From Hormiphora californensis (Eukaryota > Animalia > Ctenophora), in NCBI GenBank assembly GCA_020137815.1, contig CM035356.1, positions 6,634,001 through 6,698,000 on the forward strand: a DNA stretch of 64,000 nt, given 5' to 3'. Below, piece by piece: positions 34,201 to 46,097 of this stretch. How positions within the stretch are numbered: the first letter of the stretch is position 1; every line of letters begins with the position of its first letter. Position numbers and translations under genes: made by a program. Under the pieces are notes generated by a model, which saw nothing but the letters and a program-made list of their open reading frames with translations, had not been told where the DNA came from and ran no database searches.

Positions 34201-37176
34201 ATCTGACACCTTTTCTGAACCATACTTGAGGGATTTTCTCAAATTCAAGCATGTAACTTGGTTTTTCTGCGATTAGTACCGTGCAACAATGTTATGAGAT
34301 CTCATCAAACCTCAAAAATGATGATTAGCTCAATGAAATTAGTTGATTTATGATCGACATTGTTCGTTTCGTTCAATTTGACATCGGTTTTAATCTTTTC
34401 AATCGTAAATCAACTCATTTCATTGAGCTAATCATCATTTTTGAGGTTTGATGAGATCTCATAACATTGTTGCACGGTACTTATCGCAGAAAAACCAAGT
34501 TACATGCTTGAATTTGAGAAAATCCCTCAATTATGGCTCAGAAAAGGTGTCAGATATCATCATGATCACATGGATACCCACAAACTAGCCCAGAAACACG
34601 CTATTACACCTCTCTGTCATTGCAGGACATGTGCCAAACAAAACCCAAACATTTTCATCACTTTAGGGATGTTGGTTCCTGAATGAACGGAATGAACTAA
34701 CAAAAATGAAAAATGAACTTTGACCTTTGACCTTGATTTTTCTTGTGAGCAAAGATCTTTGCTTATCCAATGTTTTCCCAAATTTTTAAGAAGATTGAAC
34801 GGAAGGTCGCCGTGATATAGCTCATTGAAATTCACAAAAAGAGCCAAAATCATGCATGAACATTTCCTCAACTGCTGTGTGACCAGGTGCTTCAATTTCA
34901 TTTTTATGGTGCTCATTGGAAAGATAAATTCAAGCCAAAGAAAAATAGCTTAATGATGGAAAATTAGGATGCTTACATCATGAATGAACGAGAAATGAAT
35001 GAAGGAATGAAAAATGAATTTTCGAATTTTTGACAAAAAATTATGAAAAAAGTTACCAAGGAATTGATCCAGAGTGCTCCCATAATTTTTATTCTCACAA
35101 CTATCACCGTTTTGACACACCACCTCGCTAACCATGACCAACAATCCGTGGCCCACCTTGTATGTATCTATCTATCTATGGATAGACGCTGTTTTACCAA
35201 ATTTATAATCGTTTTTGAGAGAAAACGACATAAGATAGACACTTCTCGTTTGTTGCATTCGAAAGATAATCGTTCGAATTGTGTAGCCGAATAGTTTTTA
35301 TGTTATAGGTCCAACCAGAACGTCCTGAAAAACTGTCATAAAGATAAGACATTTTTCAAATAAACCAAATTTCTTTGAGCTCAATTTACACCCTGAAGAC
35401 GGCTTCTGATTGAAAAACGGAGACCACACTTATGAAAGATAATCGTCTAAACTTTCAGAAACCATATAGCGAATTTGTGAAACTCTATCTTTAAGGGTCT
35501 CAAATCGCGTCTGAAGTGTTAAGACTGTATGAAAATATATATGACGACAGTGCATTTTTCACCATAGCGACCTCAACAGCATAATTAGTACAGCATAATC
35601 ATTTCTGATTAGAAATAGAAAACTATAAAATAACTTTTTCAAAAAAATTGAGAAAATTTTTCTAAGTTATACCAGCCCGTCCGATCTGTGTTTCGAATCG
35701 GTGCAGCTTCCTGGATGTCCTGTCTAATTAGCGGGTTCGAAACGAACCGATACGTGATACCATGCCGGATCGGGGCACTAGTCAGGTCATATGATGTTAG
35801 ATTTTCGGCATAATTGTTATAAAGCTAATTCCACTTCTAGGAGGTCCTATTGGGTCCCTAGAACCACCAAAAAAAATGGTCGCGGTTTGTCGGATGAAGA
35901 AGTTGGGTTTCCGGGCCGCGCCCTTATACCTGTATTTTCAGGCTGTAGCCAAAAACATAAATATTCTTAGAATAGGAGTAGAGAAAAATCCAGGGGCACT
36001 AAAGTGATCAGCGTCCTCGCATTAGTGGGGGTAGGTGCCGGAATTAAGTCTCTATCTCATCTGGTTAATTAGATAATTGGATAATTAGGGTTGCACATAA
36101 CCGTTTTTTGGCTATACGGCTATAGCCACTTAGGAATGGTTTAGAGACTTTTCACTGGTGCCATTTTGTTCAGAAAGAAATTTTAATCTAAGAGTTGTGG
36201 AAAAATTTAGGGCCTATCTCTTATCGTTTTGGCGTTATGTGCGGTAAACGAATGCCAATTAACTCAATTTTTGGCTTTTTCGACTAATTTGGCATTCGTT
36301 TACCGCACATAACGCCAAAACGGTAAGAGATAGGCCCTAAATTTTTCCACAACTCTTAGATTAAAATTTCTTTCTGAACAAAATGGCACCAGTGAAAAGT
36401 CTCTATACCATTCCTAAGTGGCTATTGCCGTATAGCCAAAAAACGGTTATGCGCAAACCTAATTATCCAATTGGTGAACTTATGATTCAATGGCCCCATG
36501 GGGATCACGTATCGGTTCGTTCCGGACCGTCTAATTAGCAGCAGGACATGCGATAAGATTCACTGATTCGAAACACGATTCGGACGTGGCTGGTATTCCT
36601 TTGAAAAATTTTCAAAAAAATTTCAAAAAAATTCACAAAAAAATTCAAAAAATTTTTGGGGGAAAAAAATCCTGCCACTAAATCGGGGTGCCACTAAATC
36701 GGGGGCCACTAAATCGGGGTCCGACTGTACATAAATTCTCCAGGGACGTCCCCGGAGGCCGTGACTGTAATACAACATACAAGATATTTTTATACTGACC
36801 AGCAGATTACAGCACTGAGTGTATCGTATGCTCCATCCAGACACGCCACAAGTGGTAGGCCAAGAAGAATGTGGACACAGATCACGTTCGCTTGCACGTA
36901 CAGAATCAGAATCACCAGTGAGGCAATGGGATAGTTAACCGCAAATTTAATACTGTCTGAGTGGGGAATGATATATTGATATGGGTAGTAATACCCAAAT
37001 TAGTTAGTCAAGAACAACTAACAATGTGCGAGTGTGACTCTGAAACTCGGTTTATCGATTTAGTATCAATCTTCACCTTTATTCTCCCGTAGAAAGACGG
37101 CCATTAGAATGCAGTATGGAATATCAAGATAAGGGAAGAAAGGGATCTTCATGAGGTGGTCCGCAGCCCACTCCAT
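28224..37176 (-). CDS. TMEM38: Trimeric intracellular cation channel (TRIC/TMEM38 family), 7 exons
   Basis: MKIPFFPYLD (37176-37077); FAVNYPIA...ILLGLP (~36955-36800); WWLVFFCPGDLFFK (30920-30854); HQYYPNH (30719-30599); 29756-29659; TKASL...DPFMPIQ (28625-28460); NVFWKVAC...stop 28224. Confidence 0.85.
28752..29419. mobile_element. Non-autonomous DNA element, copy 1 (possibly Crypton-like)
   Basis: Palindromic head; tataccctgct...agcagggtata inverted motif; high similarity to 29932-30588. Confidence 0.6.
29932..30588. mobile_element. Non-autonomous DNA element, copy 2
   Basis: Same structure as 28752-29419. Confidence 0.6.
31484..33597. mobile_element. Fold-back element copy 1 (about 770-bp arms), interrupted by a Helentron-like insert
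   Basis: 31484-~32240 is the reverse complement of ~32285-32970 plus 33529-33597. Confidence 0.85.
32971..33528 (+). mobile_element. Helentron/DINE-1-like non-autonomous element
   Basis: subTIRs tttccctgccc / gggcagggaaa; 5' palindrome ccgggtgaatgcc-gaa-ggcattcacccgg; 3' stem-loop gcattatg-aata-cataatgc; inserted in a T-run without TSD. Confidence 0.7.
33599..35157. mobile_element. Fold-back element copy 2 (about 1.55-kb palindrome)
   Basis: ggtgggccacgg ... ccgtggcccacc with near-perfect arms centred near 34375. Confidence 0.9.
36074..36472. mobile_element. About 400-bp palindromic MITE
   Basis: aattggataattagg ... cctaattatccaatt with near-perfect arms. Confidence 0.8.
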
Positions 37177-38298
37177 TTTGTGATTTGCTCAACCCTGATA
37201 CACTTGCTAGATAGTAGATAGTTCTAGAGTTAAAGAGTATAATTTAAACTAGGACCTATCGCCAAGGATACTTTGTTTCCCGCCCGGTGCCCTCTCTCGC
37301 CTGGTCACCCTAGACGAAATAAAAGAATTTTAATTCGGAAAACCAGGAATTTTGAAACTTTTATTTGTCAAAAACAAAGATTTCGCTTAACCGAAATCTT
37401 TGGGCACTGTTACTATCTGGGTCTTTGGAGGCCTGTTTTATACAGGTGCACACTACCAAACAAGTACCTTGCACTAAAACGGCTCTAACCGCCAAACCAC
37501 TCAACCGTTTTGGCTGATCCAAAGTTTATCTGATAGGAAATGTCAAGCCCTAACCCCAACCCAAACCCCAGCCCTAACGCTAACCCTACTTTAGCCCTAA
37601 CTCTTAAAAACCGTGAGAGCTGACACTCCAAACAGTGTTTGGCAAACACCCAGATTCTGATTTTAACGCTGGCCCAAAAAAATGTGGGGCGCCGTTACGA
37701 TCTGGGTGTTTGGTGGCCTGTTTACAGGTGCGCGCTGCCAAAAAAGTTGATTCACTAAAACGGCTCTAACCGCCGAACCACTCAACCGTTTTGGCTCATC
37801 CAAAGTTTATCTAGTAGGCAATGTCAAGGCCTAAAGTCCATTTTTTTTCAACTGTTCACCCAAAATTGAAATTTCAGTAAAATTTAGAATTTTCGTGGCG
37901 TGCGCTACACGTTAACATGTGATAGACGCGCAAAACAATTCCGCGCACGACTTTGGGGGGTGAACAGTTGAAAAAAAATGGAGTATAACCCCAACCCAAA
38001 CCCCAACCCTAACCCTAACCCTACTTTAGCCCTAACCCTAAAAAACCGTTTGTCAGCACTCACGAAACACCCAGATTTTAACGCTGGCCAAAAATGTGCA
38101 AGCGGGAAAATATCACGCAAACGAATTTTTTTAATGTTAATTATGCGTCGCAATTAATGTAACGCGCGAATTATCTCCTGACAATATGGTGAAAACGCTG
38201 CCAAAATATTTCGTTTTAAGCCGCGCGCTGGAAAATTTGCGCTGTCGTTTTAAAATTTTTGTCAGAAATCGATAAAATTTTTATTTTGCTGACCAAAA

Positions 38299-38514
38299 TT
38301 GTCAACAGGTGGTGTTGGCCCTGAAATGGACAAAGCGATTAAGAAGACAGCCAAACTTATTGAAAACAAACATGGAGAAATCTACAGTGAGGCTTTGGCG
38401 GCAATCAGAAGGCGGCTCAGATTCTGCCTACTGGTAGCCACCCTGAGGTCGCTGAGAGGATGCCGTACAAAGTACGCCCCAACAGGATTGGAAAACATGG
38501 ACTTCAATATTTGA
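38299..38514 (+). pseudogene. 3' relic of a CRE-clade non-LTR retrotransposon
   Basis: STGGVGPE...YSEALAAIRRRLRFCLLVATLRSLRGCR resembles the CRE C-terminal endonuclease region. Confidence 0.65.
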
Positions 38515-38580
38515 AACATGTGTGAGATTTTATTTATTTATGTATAGTAATATTTGAGTGATTTTAAGATTTATTTATTA

Positions 38581-38724
38581 CTAACCCCAACACCGGGGGC
38601 AAATGATCGAACCCAATGTGAATGAGACTCATCGCGATTAACTCTTCATATGGTTACCCCCTTTCTCTCTTCGGCAGCTTCTCTTCGGCTGTTGGAAAGT
38701 GATGCCAATCGGTGTTGGGGTTAG
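38581..38724. mobile_element. Short MITE
   Basis: ctaaccccaacaccg ... cggtgttggggttag. Confidence 0.6.
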
Positions 38725-39382
38725 TGAATTTTCAAAAAAAAAAAAAAAAATTTTCTTTCATTTCTCGCAACTAAAAGTGTGTCCTGGACTCTCTGTACAT
38801 AGCCTAGCTTTGTCACTACCTCGAAGCCTGTTAACAGGTGCGTGCTACCAAAAAGATTGCACTTAGATAATCTAAGTTAGATTTACTTTTTTCTAGCGGC
38901 CGCCGGCCATAGGCATTAGCCACGAAACCACATGTACAATTTCAGTAAATTAAACGGTATCTGATTATTTTTTATTATTAAATGTGTTAACAATAAATTG
39001 ACCGTGCGCTTTGCATTGCTCACGGCGAACGGGTTAGGGCCTAACCCGTCAGCTATGCAAAGCGCCCAGATCATTGGCAATTTTTTGTCACTTTTATTGT
39101 ACTAACTAGTTTAGGATCTTGAAGTCAGTCGTTTTGTGCCTATTTCTGGTGGTTAAGTTGTCAATAACCCTCTTGGATATATTCACATCCCCACTCTCTC
39201 TCTGAACACGTTTTATTCTCTGGGTCAATCTGCCAGATGTTGCGAACACGTGAGGTGTGAAACTACCAGTTTTAACACCTCTTAAAACTGACCTACTCAA
39301 CAATTTTCTTTCTGATTTCTTTGTGTTCTTTTTTCGTGGCTGAATGAAAGTTGAAATACTAAATTGCCCTAATTATAGGATC

Positions 39383-41639
39383 ATGAAATCCCTCATTCTA
39401 TGTCTAATTCTGGTGGCGGCTGTATCCGGTCAAGTTGTAGAGAAGTGTCGGACAGACACTTACCCGCCCCCTGATGATACAAAGCTGGCCCATGTCATTG
39501 TGAATCTTGATCTTGATCCCGCTGAAAGATGGAAAGAGGCTCTGGAGCCTGTAAAAGAAGACGTTGTTGCACTTATTAGAACGATAACAGGTAATAAGAC
39601 GTGAAATATAGTTTCGAAAGCTTCTGTCAGTTTATTGATTTTAGTTATTTCTCTTGTTACGGTAATGCTGTTATTTCAGTATGTAGTAAGATGATATATT
39701 AAACTATGTATATCCTATTTATCAGATCACTTCAACAAGTATGTATTGATTGCTGCTGACCTTGCCCTGGACATCCTTCTAAACACCCTACCTGAACCCT
39801 ACCAAAAAGAAATCGAGGTACGCTCCAAATCGGGTTATATTTTATTTCAGATCTGCTGCCCCTGGGGCAGAATAAAAACACGTCTATTATTATTGTTTCA
39901 GGACCAAATATTTACTTGTAATTATAACAAGTTGTATCACTGCAGGGAGTTTCTAAGGTACTTGGTATCCCAGAGGGTGAGGTTGCCTTGTATAATGTAT
40001 TCTACGAGCTCTTCACCCTTTGTACCTCTATCATCGAAGAGGATAAATCTGGGCAGCTGTACCACGCCCGAAACCTTGACTTTGGTCTGTTCCTCGGGTG
40101 GGACAATAAAAATGATACCTGGCTAATGAGCGAGCAACTACGGAAGATTGTTAGGAACGTGGACTTTCAGAGGAACGGGAAGACGGTTTACCAATCGGCG
40201 TCTTTCTTGGGTTATATTGGATTAATGACTGCAGTCCGGCCGGGTGACTTTGCCCTTACTATTAATGAGCGATTCAATAGGGAGGGAGGATTTATTGGAA
40301 TCTATAAGTGGATCATGGGAGACAGGTGAGTGAGATGACCAATGGAATACTTCATATTTATACACCGAGACATGTTTTTACTTATTATTATTATTTTACT
40401 TATTATAACCCCCCAATTAAATCCCCCTAATTATATCCCCCTAATTACATTCCCCTAAAATAATCCCCCTAATTACATTCCCCTAAAATAATCTCCCTAA
40501 TTACATTCCCCTAAAATAATCTCCCTAATTACATTCCCCTAAAATAATCTCCCTAATTACATTCCCTTAATTCCACAGAGACGGAGCCTGGATGGGATTC
40601 CTGGTCCGGGATATAATGGAAAAGAGCCCTGATTACGAGTCTGCCAAGAAGACACTAATGACACACAAACTTCTTGCACCCGCCTACTACATTCTATCAG
40701 GCAACTCTACTGGCCAGGGTGTCATCATCACACGATCCCTTGACAAAACCCTCGATGTTCAGGTGAGATACAGTCAGACACTAATTTACCGGGATTATTG
40801 GGTGAGATATACAGTCGTTCCACGATTTGCCTGAATCCTTGGGGGTGAGATATTGTGAACTGACATTTTATTCAACTTAGATGTCCAAGAAAGGACCAAC
40901 CGTTCCCTCCCAGTCTATTATTCTACATCAACTAACATAGCTATTATCAGGAGTTGAATGTAACATCATGTTAGTCTCTTAAACATGTTCTAAATTCCCT
41001 GCAGGAGTTGAATGTGACAGGTGGACGATGGTACCTGCTCCAGACCAATTATGACCCCTGGGAGCAGCCACCATTTTACGATGACAGAAGGAAACCTGGA
41101 AACATCTGTATGAAGGAATGGGGACAGGAGACCGCTGGTAAGTTGTGTAGAGTGGGGTCAGGGAATATCTGTATGAAGGAATGGGGTCAGGAGACCGCTG
41201 GTAAGTTGTGTAGAGTGGGGTCAGGGAATATCTGTATGAAGGAATGGGGTCAGGAGAACACTGGTAAGAAGGTGGAGGCACACAATTTATGCATGTCTCT
41301 CGGGATATCTTTTTCCCACCGGTGCTCCGTTCATCCCAAAGGTCCCCTCTAGGTCGTACAACCGGTAGTTTAGGACGGCACTCTGGTCGAGGTTGAACGT
41401 CCTTCAGGAGCACCGTGTACACCGTACCAATCTAGAAAATTCCTGTTTGAGCATGTTTGAATATCCCGCTACTAAATATCCTAATCCTTACTATCTCTCC
41501 AGGTTACAAATCGCTATTCAATGTGCTGAGTACTAAACCCAATCTCAACAAGTTGACCGTCTACTCTTCTATTCTAACTGTGAGGGAGGGTGTAACTACG
41601 TGGCTACAGGACTGTAAGACACCCTGTACACCGTGGTAA
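39383..41639 (+). CDS. ASAH1: Acid ceramidase (Ntn-hydrolase), 6 exons
   Basis: Signal peptide; VNLDLDPAERW; YELFTLCTSI (catalytic Cys); HARNLDFGLFLGWD; LLAPAYYILSG; QTNYDPW; LSTKPNLNKLTVYS; C-terminal PCTPW*. Confidence 0.95.
40405..40575. repeat. Intronic minisatellite, about 29-bp unit
   Basis: ccctaattacattcccctaaaataatct repeats. Confidence 0.85.
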
Positions 41640-42088
41640 CGTGGTTACCTTGGTTACTGTGGTTACCATGGTTACCTTGGTAACATGTAGAGAGTACGTC
41701 GTCGGGGTAAAAAGCACGTCCCTATTGAAACTTGTAAACTGTGAAGTAATAAATCTGTTGGATATTTTTTGATTTAATGATTTCTCTCGTACAAAACGAA
41801 TCATTAGCCGTTTCAGATTTAGAATGTTTCTTTGTTGTGTTGTTTTTCCTAGTTTTAAAAGTTTTATTTTGCCAGACAGAGTTTTATATCGTAGAGGGCT
41901 ATTGTTGAGACTGTATTTTTGTTTTTGGTGATATGATTTGTTATGATTTAAAAAAGTTCTAATTTTTACATAAACACGATTTGTTTGCCCCTGCCTCTTT
42001 ACAAGTTCCCTGTTCCACAAGGCGCAATCAACAATTACTAATTATCCGATATTGATCCTTTAATATTATATTATCCTTTGTTTAGAAG

Positions 42089-44008
42089 ATGAAGAGAGCA
42101 CTCCGTTGGGCACCCTCACTAGCCCGGAACAACATTGTTCCATCATCTGTTCGACACAACTGTACAGCAACAGTAGATGCAAGGAACACGGCAACAGTAG
42201 ATGCAAGAAACACGGCATATTACCAGATAACCCCATCTACAAAGACGGAGATTGTAGCGCATGATGCAAAGGCAGCTGCTAATACCAAAGCCCTTTATAT
42301 TGACTGTCTTCCCCCTGGTACGGATAGAGAGAGAGAAAACATATGTGCTTACTGAATTAAGAAGAGAAAAATGTCCAAAAACACGATGTTGCCGGCAGAA
42401 TTTCCCAAGTTGTCTAGTTTCCGAGCTACACTGCTATGTAGTCATCATTGCATCATCATCATTGTGGAACAACCTAATAATTTTATAAACTGATCGCAGG
42501 TGTAGCAGACAGTCCATCTGATTCAGAGTTCTCCCAACAATTCAAGAAAACCTTTATGGAGTCAACACTGTTTGAAGCTCCCTCTCGGTTCATGCCAACC
42601 AACAAGGATAGGTACGTGTCTAGATTTTGTGGAACATTCTGATTTATAATAGCATCCCACGGACCCCTGTTAATATCTGTCATACATTTGTTGATGAATG
42701 AAATTGTCTGTATGACTGTTTAAAACTACTCCAACAAGACAGTTTTAGTCCATTTTTGGAGAGTTAACGCACTACTGTTGTGAACCCCACTCTGAGGCCT
42801 AATTGAGGTGTAACCGTGTCCTCCCAACACACAAGTGTAACCCCCATTATCCTGCATTCCTCAGGAAGCACCCTCATCTGACTGCTGAAACTGTTTACAC
42901 CCAAGTGCTACAGTACATGGTCGGTCGACTGGGACCTGAATCAATATTCGTGGATACCTCACCTCAGTTCAGATGTGCCTTCAATCGACTTATTCCTGAT
43001 ATAACTGAAGGCGATCGGTTTGAGAGCTTTATTATTGAGGGACAACTGGGGTGAGTAGGAATGGGTAACATGCCAAAATGAAAAGTATCCAGAGCTGTTG
43101 AGTATCCACTTCTATTTCAGATAGGGACTGTCCCAACTTATTAAAAAACCTTAAAATGCATGTTATGGGATGATTAATGATTGATGATTTAGAGTTGCCC
43201 TAATTAACCACAAACCCATATATTTTAGTTACGAGGTGCTAGGTCGACAGCCCCTCTCTCCGCTCTTCACCATGGATCAATGTAAACAAACAGAGGATCT
43301 GGATATACAGTGGGAGGAGATGATAAATCCTGTCATTGATATTGAACAACATTTTAGATTGGAGTCAGTCACACCAGGTATTATTTTGTTAGGGTGAGTC
43401 GCCTGATATAGTATAAACGATTCATGTGGTTCGGGGAGCCCTGAAGTGGAATATTATTTGTACTTGGTTCAGATATTTAAATTTTCCTGGCTCAGACCTT
43501 TACTAATTCCCCCCCCCCTCAGTAACGGTACCCCTACCTTCCCACCCCTACACCCGCCTCCTGCCCCCCCAGTAACTGATAAATTAATATCCCCTCAGTA
43601 ACAGCACCACTTCCTTCCCACCCCTACACCCGCCTCCTGCTCGATGTTGGACCAGCTGCTGAATGGAGTGACACCGCACGTGCACGTGGCATCTACTTCC
43701 TATTTACACGACTCCTCTCCGAGGCCCTGAGGGACGGTGCTGAACTCGGCTCCCCACTCTCTCACCCCAGAGTTGGGGCATACATTAGTTTCTCTGGGTA
43801 TGGCGCGCACGCCGTCCTGTACCAGCTGAATACCCTGGATCTGGGAACACAGGGTGGTGTTAAAAACTTGGCCTGGGGTGTGAGTGTAGAGGAGTTGACG
43901 AGTAATTTAGTGCCATTTAGGAGGGTTCTTCCAGAGAATCTGTTAGGACCGGGTGTGCTGGAGGATGCCGCTAATTTGATGAGAAGTGTCATGTTTTTGG
44001 AAGAGTGA
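42089..44008 (+). CDS. MRPL37: Mitoribosomal protein of the mL37/mL65 (PDCD9) family, about 5 exons
   Basis: Arg-rich presequence MKRALRW...; C-terminal YQLNTLDLGTQGGVKNLAW motif; stop 44006-44008. Confidence 0.7.
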
Positions 44009-44029
44009 GAGGTGGAGGAATATATTTAG

Positions 44030-44138
44030 CAGGAACCGACCGAAACAAGTAAACAACCAATCAGAACTCGTTATTTAGGTCACGTGACTGGTTATCAGCC
44101 AATCAGGGACCAGTATTTCCAGATTCGGTCGGTTCCTG
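44030..44138 (+). mobile_element. hAT-type MITE (family A), 109 bp
   Basis: TIRs; 8-bp TSD atatttag. Confidence 0.9.
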
Positions 44139-44318
44139 ATATTTAGTTAAATTTAGAACTTGATGAGAAGCGTCATGTTTTTGGAGGAGTGAGGAGTGGA
44201 GGAATATATTTAGTTTAGAACGAGAGTACTTTGTATTAATAAGTTATTGAACATGTTTTTTAGTCAAAGAGTTTCAATCAAAACATAGTAAAACCAGACC
44301 CCCATTAATTTCAAGAAA

Positions 44319-45884
44319 TTAAAATATTGGTAAAGGAAACTCCGGATCCGTAAAATTGCTATAATTCGCCATTATAAAATCAACTTTAAATATCCTATAT
44401 AGATCCTCAATTACTCCTTGATCAATATTTTGGAACCACGACCTTGCTTTGGCCGTAGAACTAGATAACCTCGGATCATGGACTGCATCATACGACCCTC
44501 TGAGTTGAATTGTTGAGTTAATTGTCTTCATTATTGGGGGGAACATAATGGCTGAATACTCAAGAGGTATTATGTGATCATAGGATCCGTGCTCTAAACA
44601 GAGTGTCTTGTATTGAGGTGCGAAGTGGACGTTAACCTCACCATTATGCCTCACTAGGTACCTTAGGAATTCCTCAAAAGTAGGGTACAAGTTTTCACTT
44701 ATTACCTTTCCCTTTAGCATGTTCCGTGACTCACCCACTATTTTAACACCAATATACCTCTTAGTATTACCGTTTGTATCCTCACTTCCCTCCCCTAACT
44801 TGTCTCTAAACCCTGATACCATTCTAGTCCAGGGGTTCCTGATAACCACGATAGTTCTGGCAGTGTTCACCCCCTCCAGCGTCCTCGCTTTATACAGCCT
44901 TGTAAACTGATACATATTATGAACTTTATAAAGAGTCTCGGGAGTTAGCTCCTTGTGCAGTATACCCTCCGCCTTTAGCATCGCCTCAGCGAGGGTGGTA
45001 GTCCCTGATTTGGGTATTGATGTCAGGACAACCCTGATGTTCCTGTAGTAATACGTGTGAACACTGGAGAGATGGTTGTCTTCTATGCATAGTTCCCAAT
45101 GGTTGGAACTACCAAATGGGAGGTTCAGAGTAGATCGGACTAGGGAGAATTGGTTGTGTAGGAATTCAGGGGATGGTGGGATCAGATATCGTTCTGCAGT
45201 TGGTGTGATTTGATCGGATGGCTGGGGGTTCACATCACCATAATCTACATCTGCAATATTTACCTCTTCTTTAGCAGAATTTGTCTTATCATTTTCCATT
45301 CCTGATTGATCAGTACCAGTTGATGATGGTTGGGTATTGTCTTTGGATGCATCTGCTCTCACTTCTGCAATATTGTTGTCATCATGAGATTGAACGACAT
45401 CATTGTTTACTGTTTGTCCAGTCACTACTGAATCACCTACTGAATCACCTACTGAATCACCCACTGAATCACCCCCTGGATCACCCACTGAATCACCCAC
45501 TGAATCACCCCGTTTTGTATCAGATAATGATTCACCTTTCTCATGGTCGAGGTGGAAGATATTTTTGGCGCTATCACTAAATCGCACATAACCTACAAGG
45601 ATACCATCCTCATCACCTAGTGTCCTGCCATTGTTATCAGCATGGTTATCATCATTATCACCCTGTGTCCTGGCATTGTCACCTAGTGTCCTGGCATTAT
45701 CACCCACTGTCCTGCCATTATCATCTAGTGTCCTGTCATCATTGTCATCCCGAGTATAAAATGGGGTTTTGATTGTCTGAGAAGGATTGGTAGGTGTGGA
45801 TGTGGAAAGGTAGTAAAATAGGAGGAGGATAACTGTGACGAGGATCATAGTTGAGATTCGTGTTGGTGGGACCTCTAGTTCCAT
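44319..45884 (-). CDS. Golgi carbohydrate sulfotransferase (Sulfotransfer_2, CHST11/HNK-1ST-like), single exon
   Basis: N-terminal TM; repetitive stem; 5'-PSB IPKSGTTT; 3'-PB RNPWTRMVSGFRDK; HFAPQ; LYRIFKVDF. Confidence 0.9.
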   Translation of the reverse strand: MELEVPPTRISTMILVTVILLLFYYLSTSTPTNPSQTIKTPFYTRDDNDDRTLDDNGRTVGDNARTLGDNARTQGDNDDNHADNNGRTLGDEDGILVGYVRFSDSAKNIFHLDHEKGESLSDTKRGDSVGDSVGDPGGDSVGDSVGDSVGDSVVTGQTVNNDVVQSHDDNNIAEVRADASKDNTQPSSTGTDQSGMENDKTNSAKEEVNIADVDYGDVNPQPSDQITPTAERYLIPPSPEFLHNQFSLVRSTLNLPFGSSNHWELCIEDNHLSSVHTYYYRNIRVVLTSIPKSGTTTLAEAMLKAEGILHKELTPETLYKVHNMYQFTRLYKARTLEGVNTARTIVVIRNPWTRMVSGFRDKLGEGSEDTNGNTKRYIGVKIVGESRNMLKGKVISENLYPTFEEFLRYLVRHNGEVNVHFAPQYKTLCLEHGSYDHIIPLEYSAIMFPPIMKTINSTIQLRGSYDAVHDPRLSSSTAKARSWFQNIDQGVIEDLYRIFKVDFIMANYSNFTDPEFPLPIF

Positions 45885-46097
45885 CGAGCTCTAAAAACAG
45901 AATGGAGGATTATGTTGCTCCAATTACACCCCCATATATAGTAGCTAATCAACAAAGTCTAAATTAGTGGCAATCTTATTTTCATTATTGCCAATCTCGA
46001 TTATATCCAATATAATTTTAACCATGATATCTTCCCTACATATAGCCATGCCTGAGCCAGTACCAGAGGATCATGAGGTGGCCCAACCCGACACGGG

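Larger units (their letters stand above)
31065..36727. mobile_element. Family-B pogo-like element expanded to 5.7 kb by nested insertions
   Basis: TA|cagtcggacccc at 31065 and ggggtccgactg|TA at 36727; internal pieces match 10390-11219. Confidence 0.85.

Noticed and set aside
31437-35156. 100-211 aa ORFs repeated on both strands
   Set aside because: They come from the arms of the fold-back elements; no transposase motifs, and stops differ between copies
37545-38042. (CCCTAA)-like telomeric repeats
   Set aside because: Short and degenerate, embedded in a locally duplicated repeat element; not a chromosome end or fusion signature
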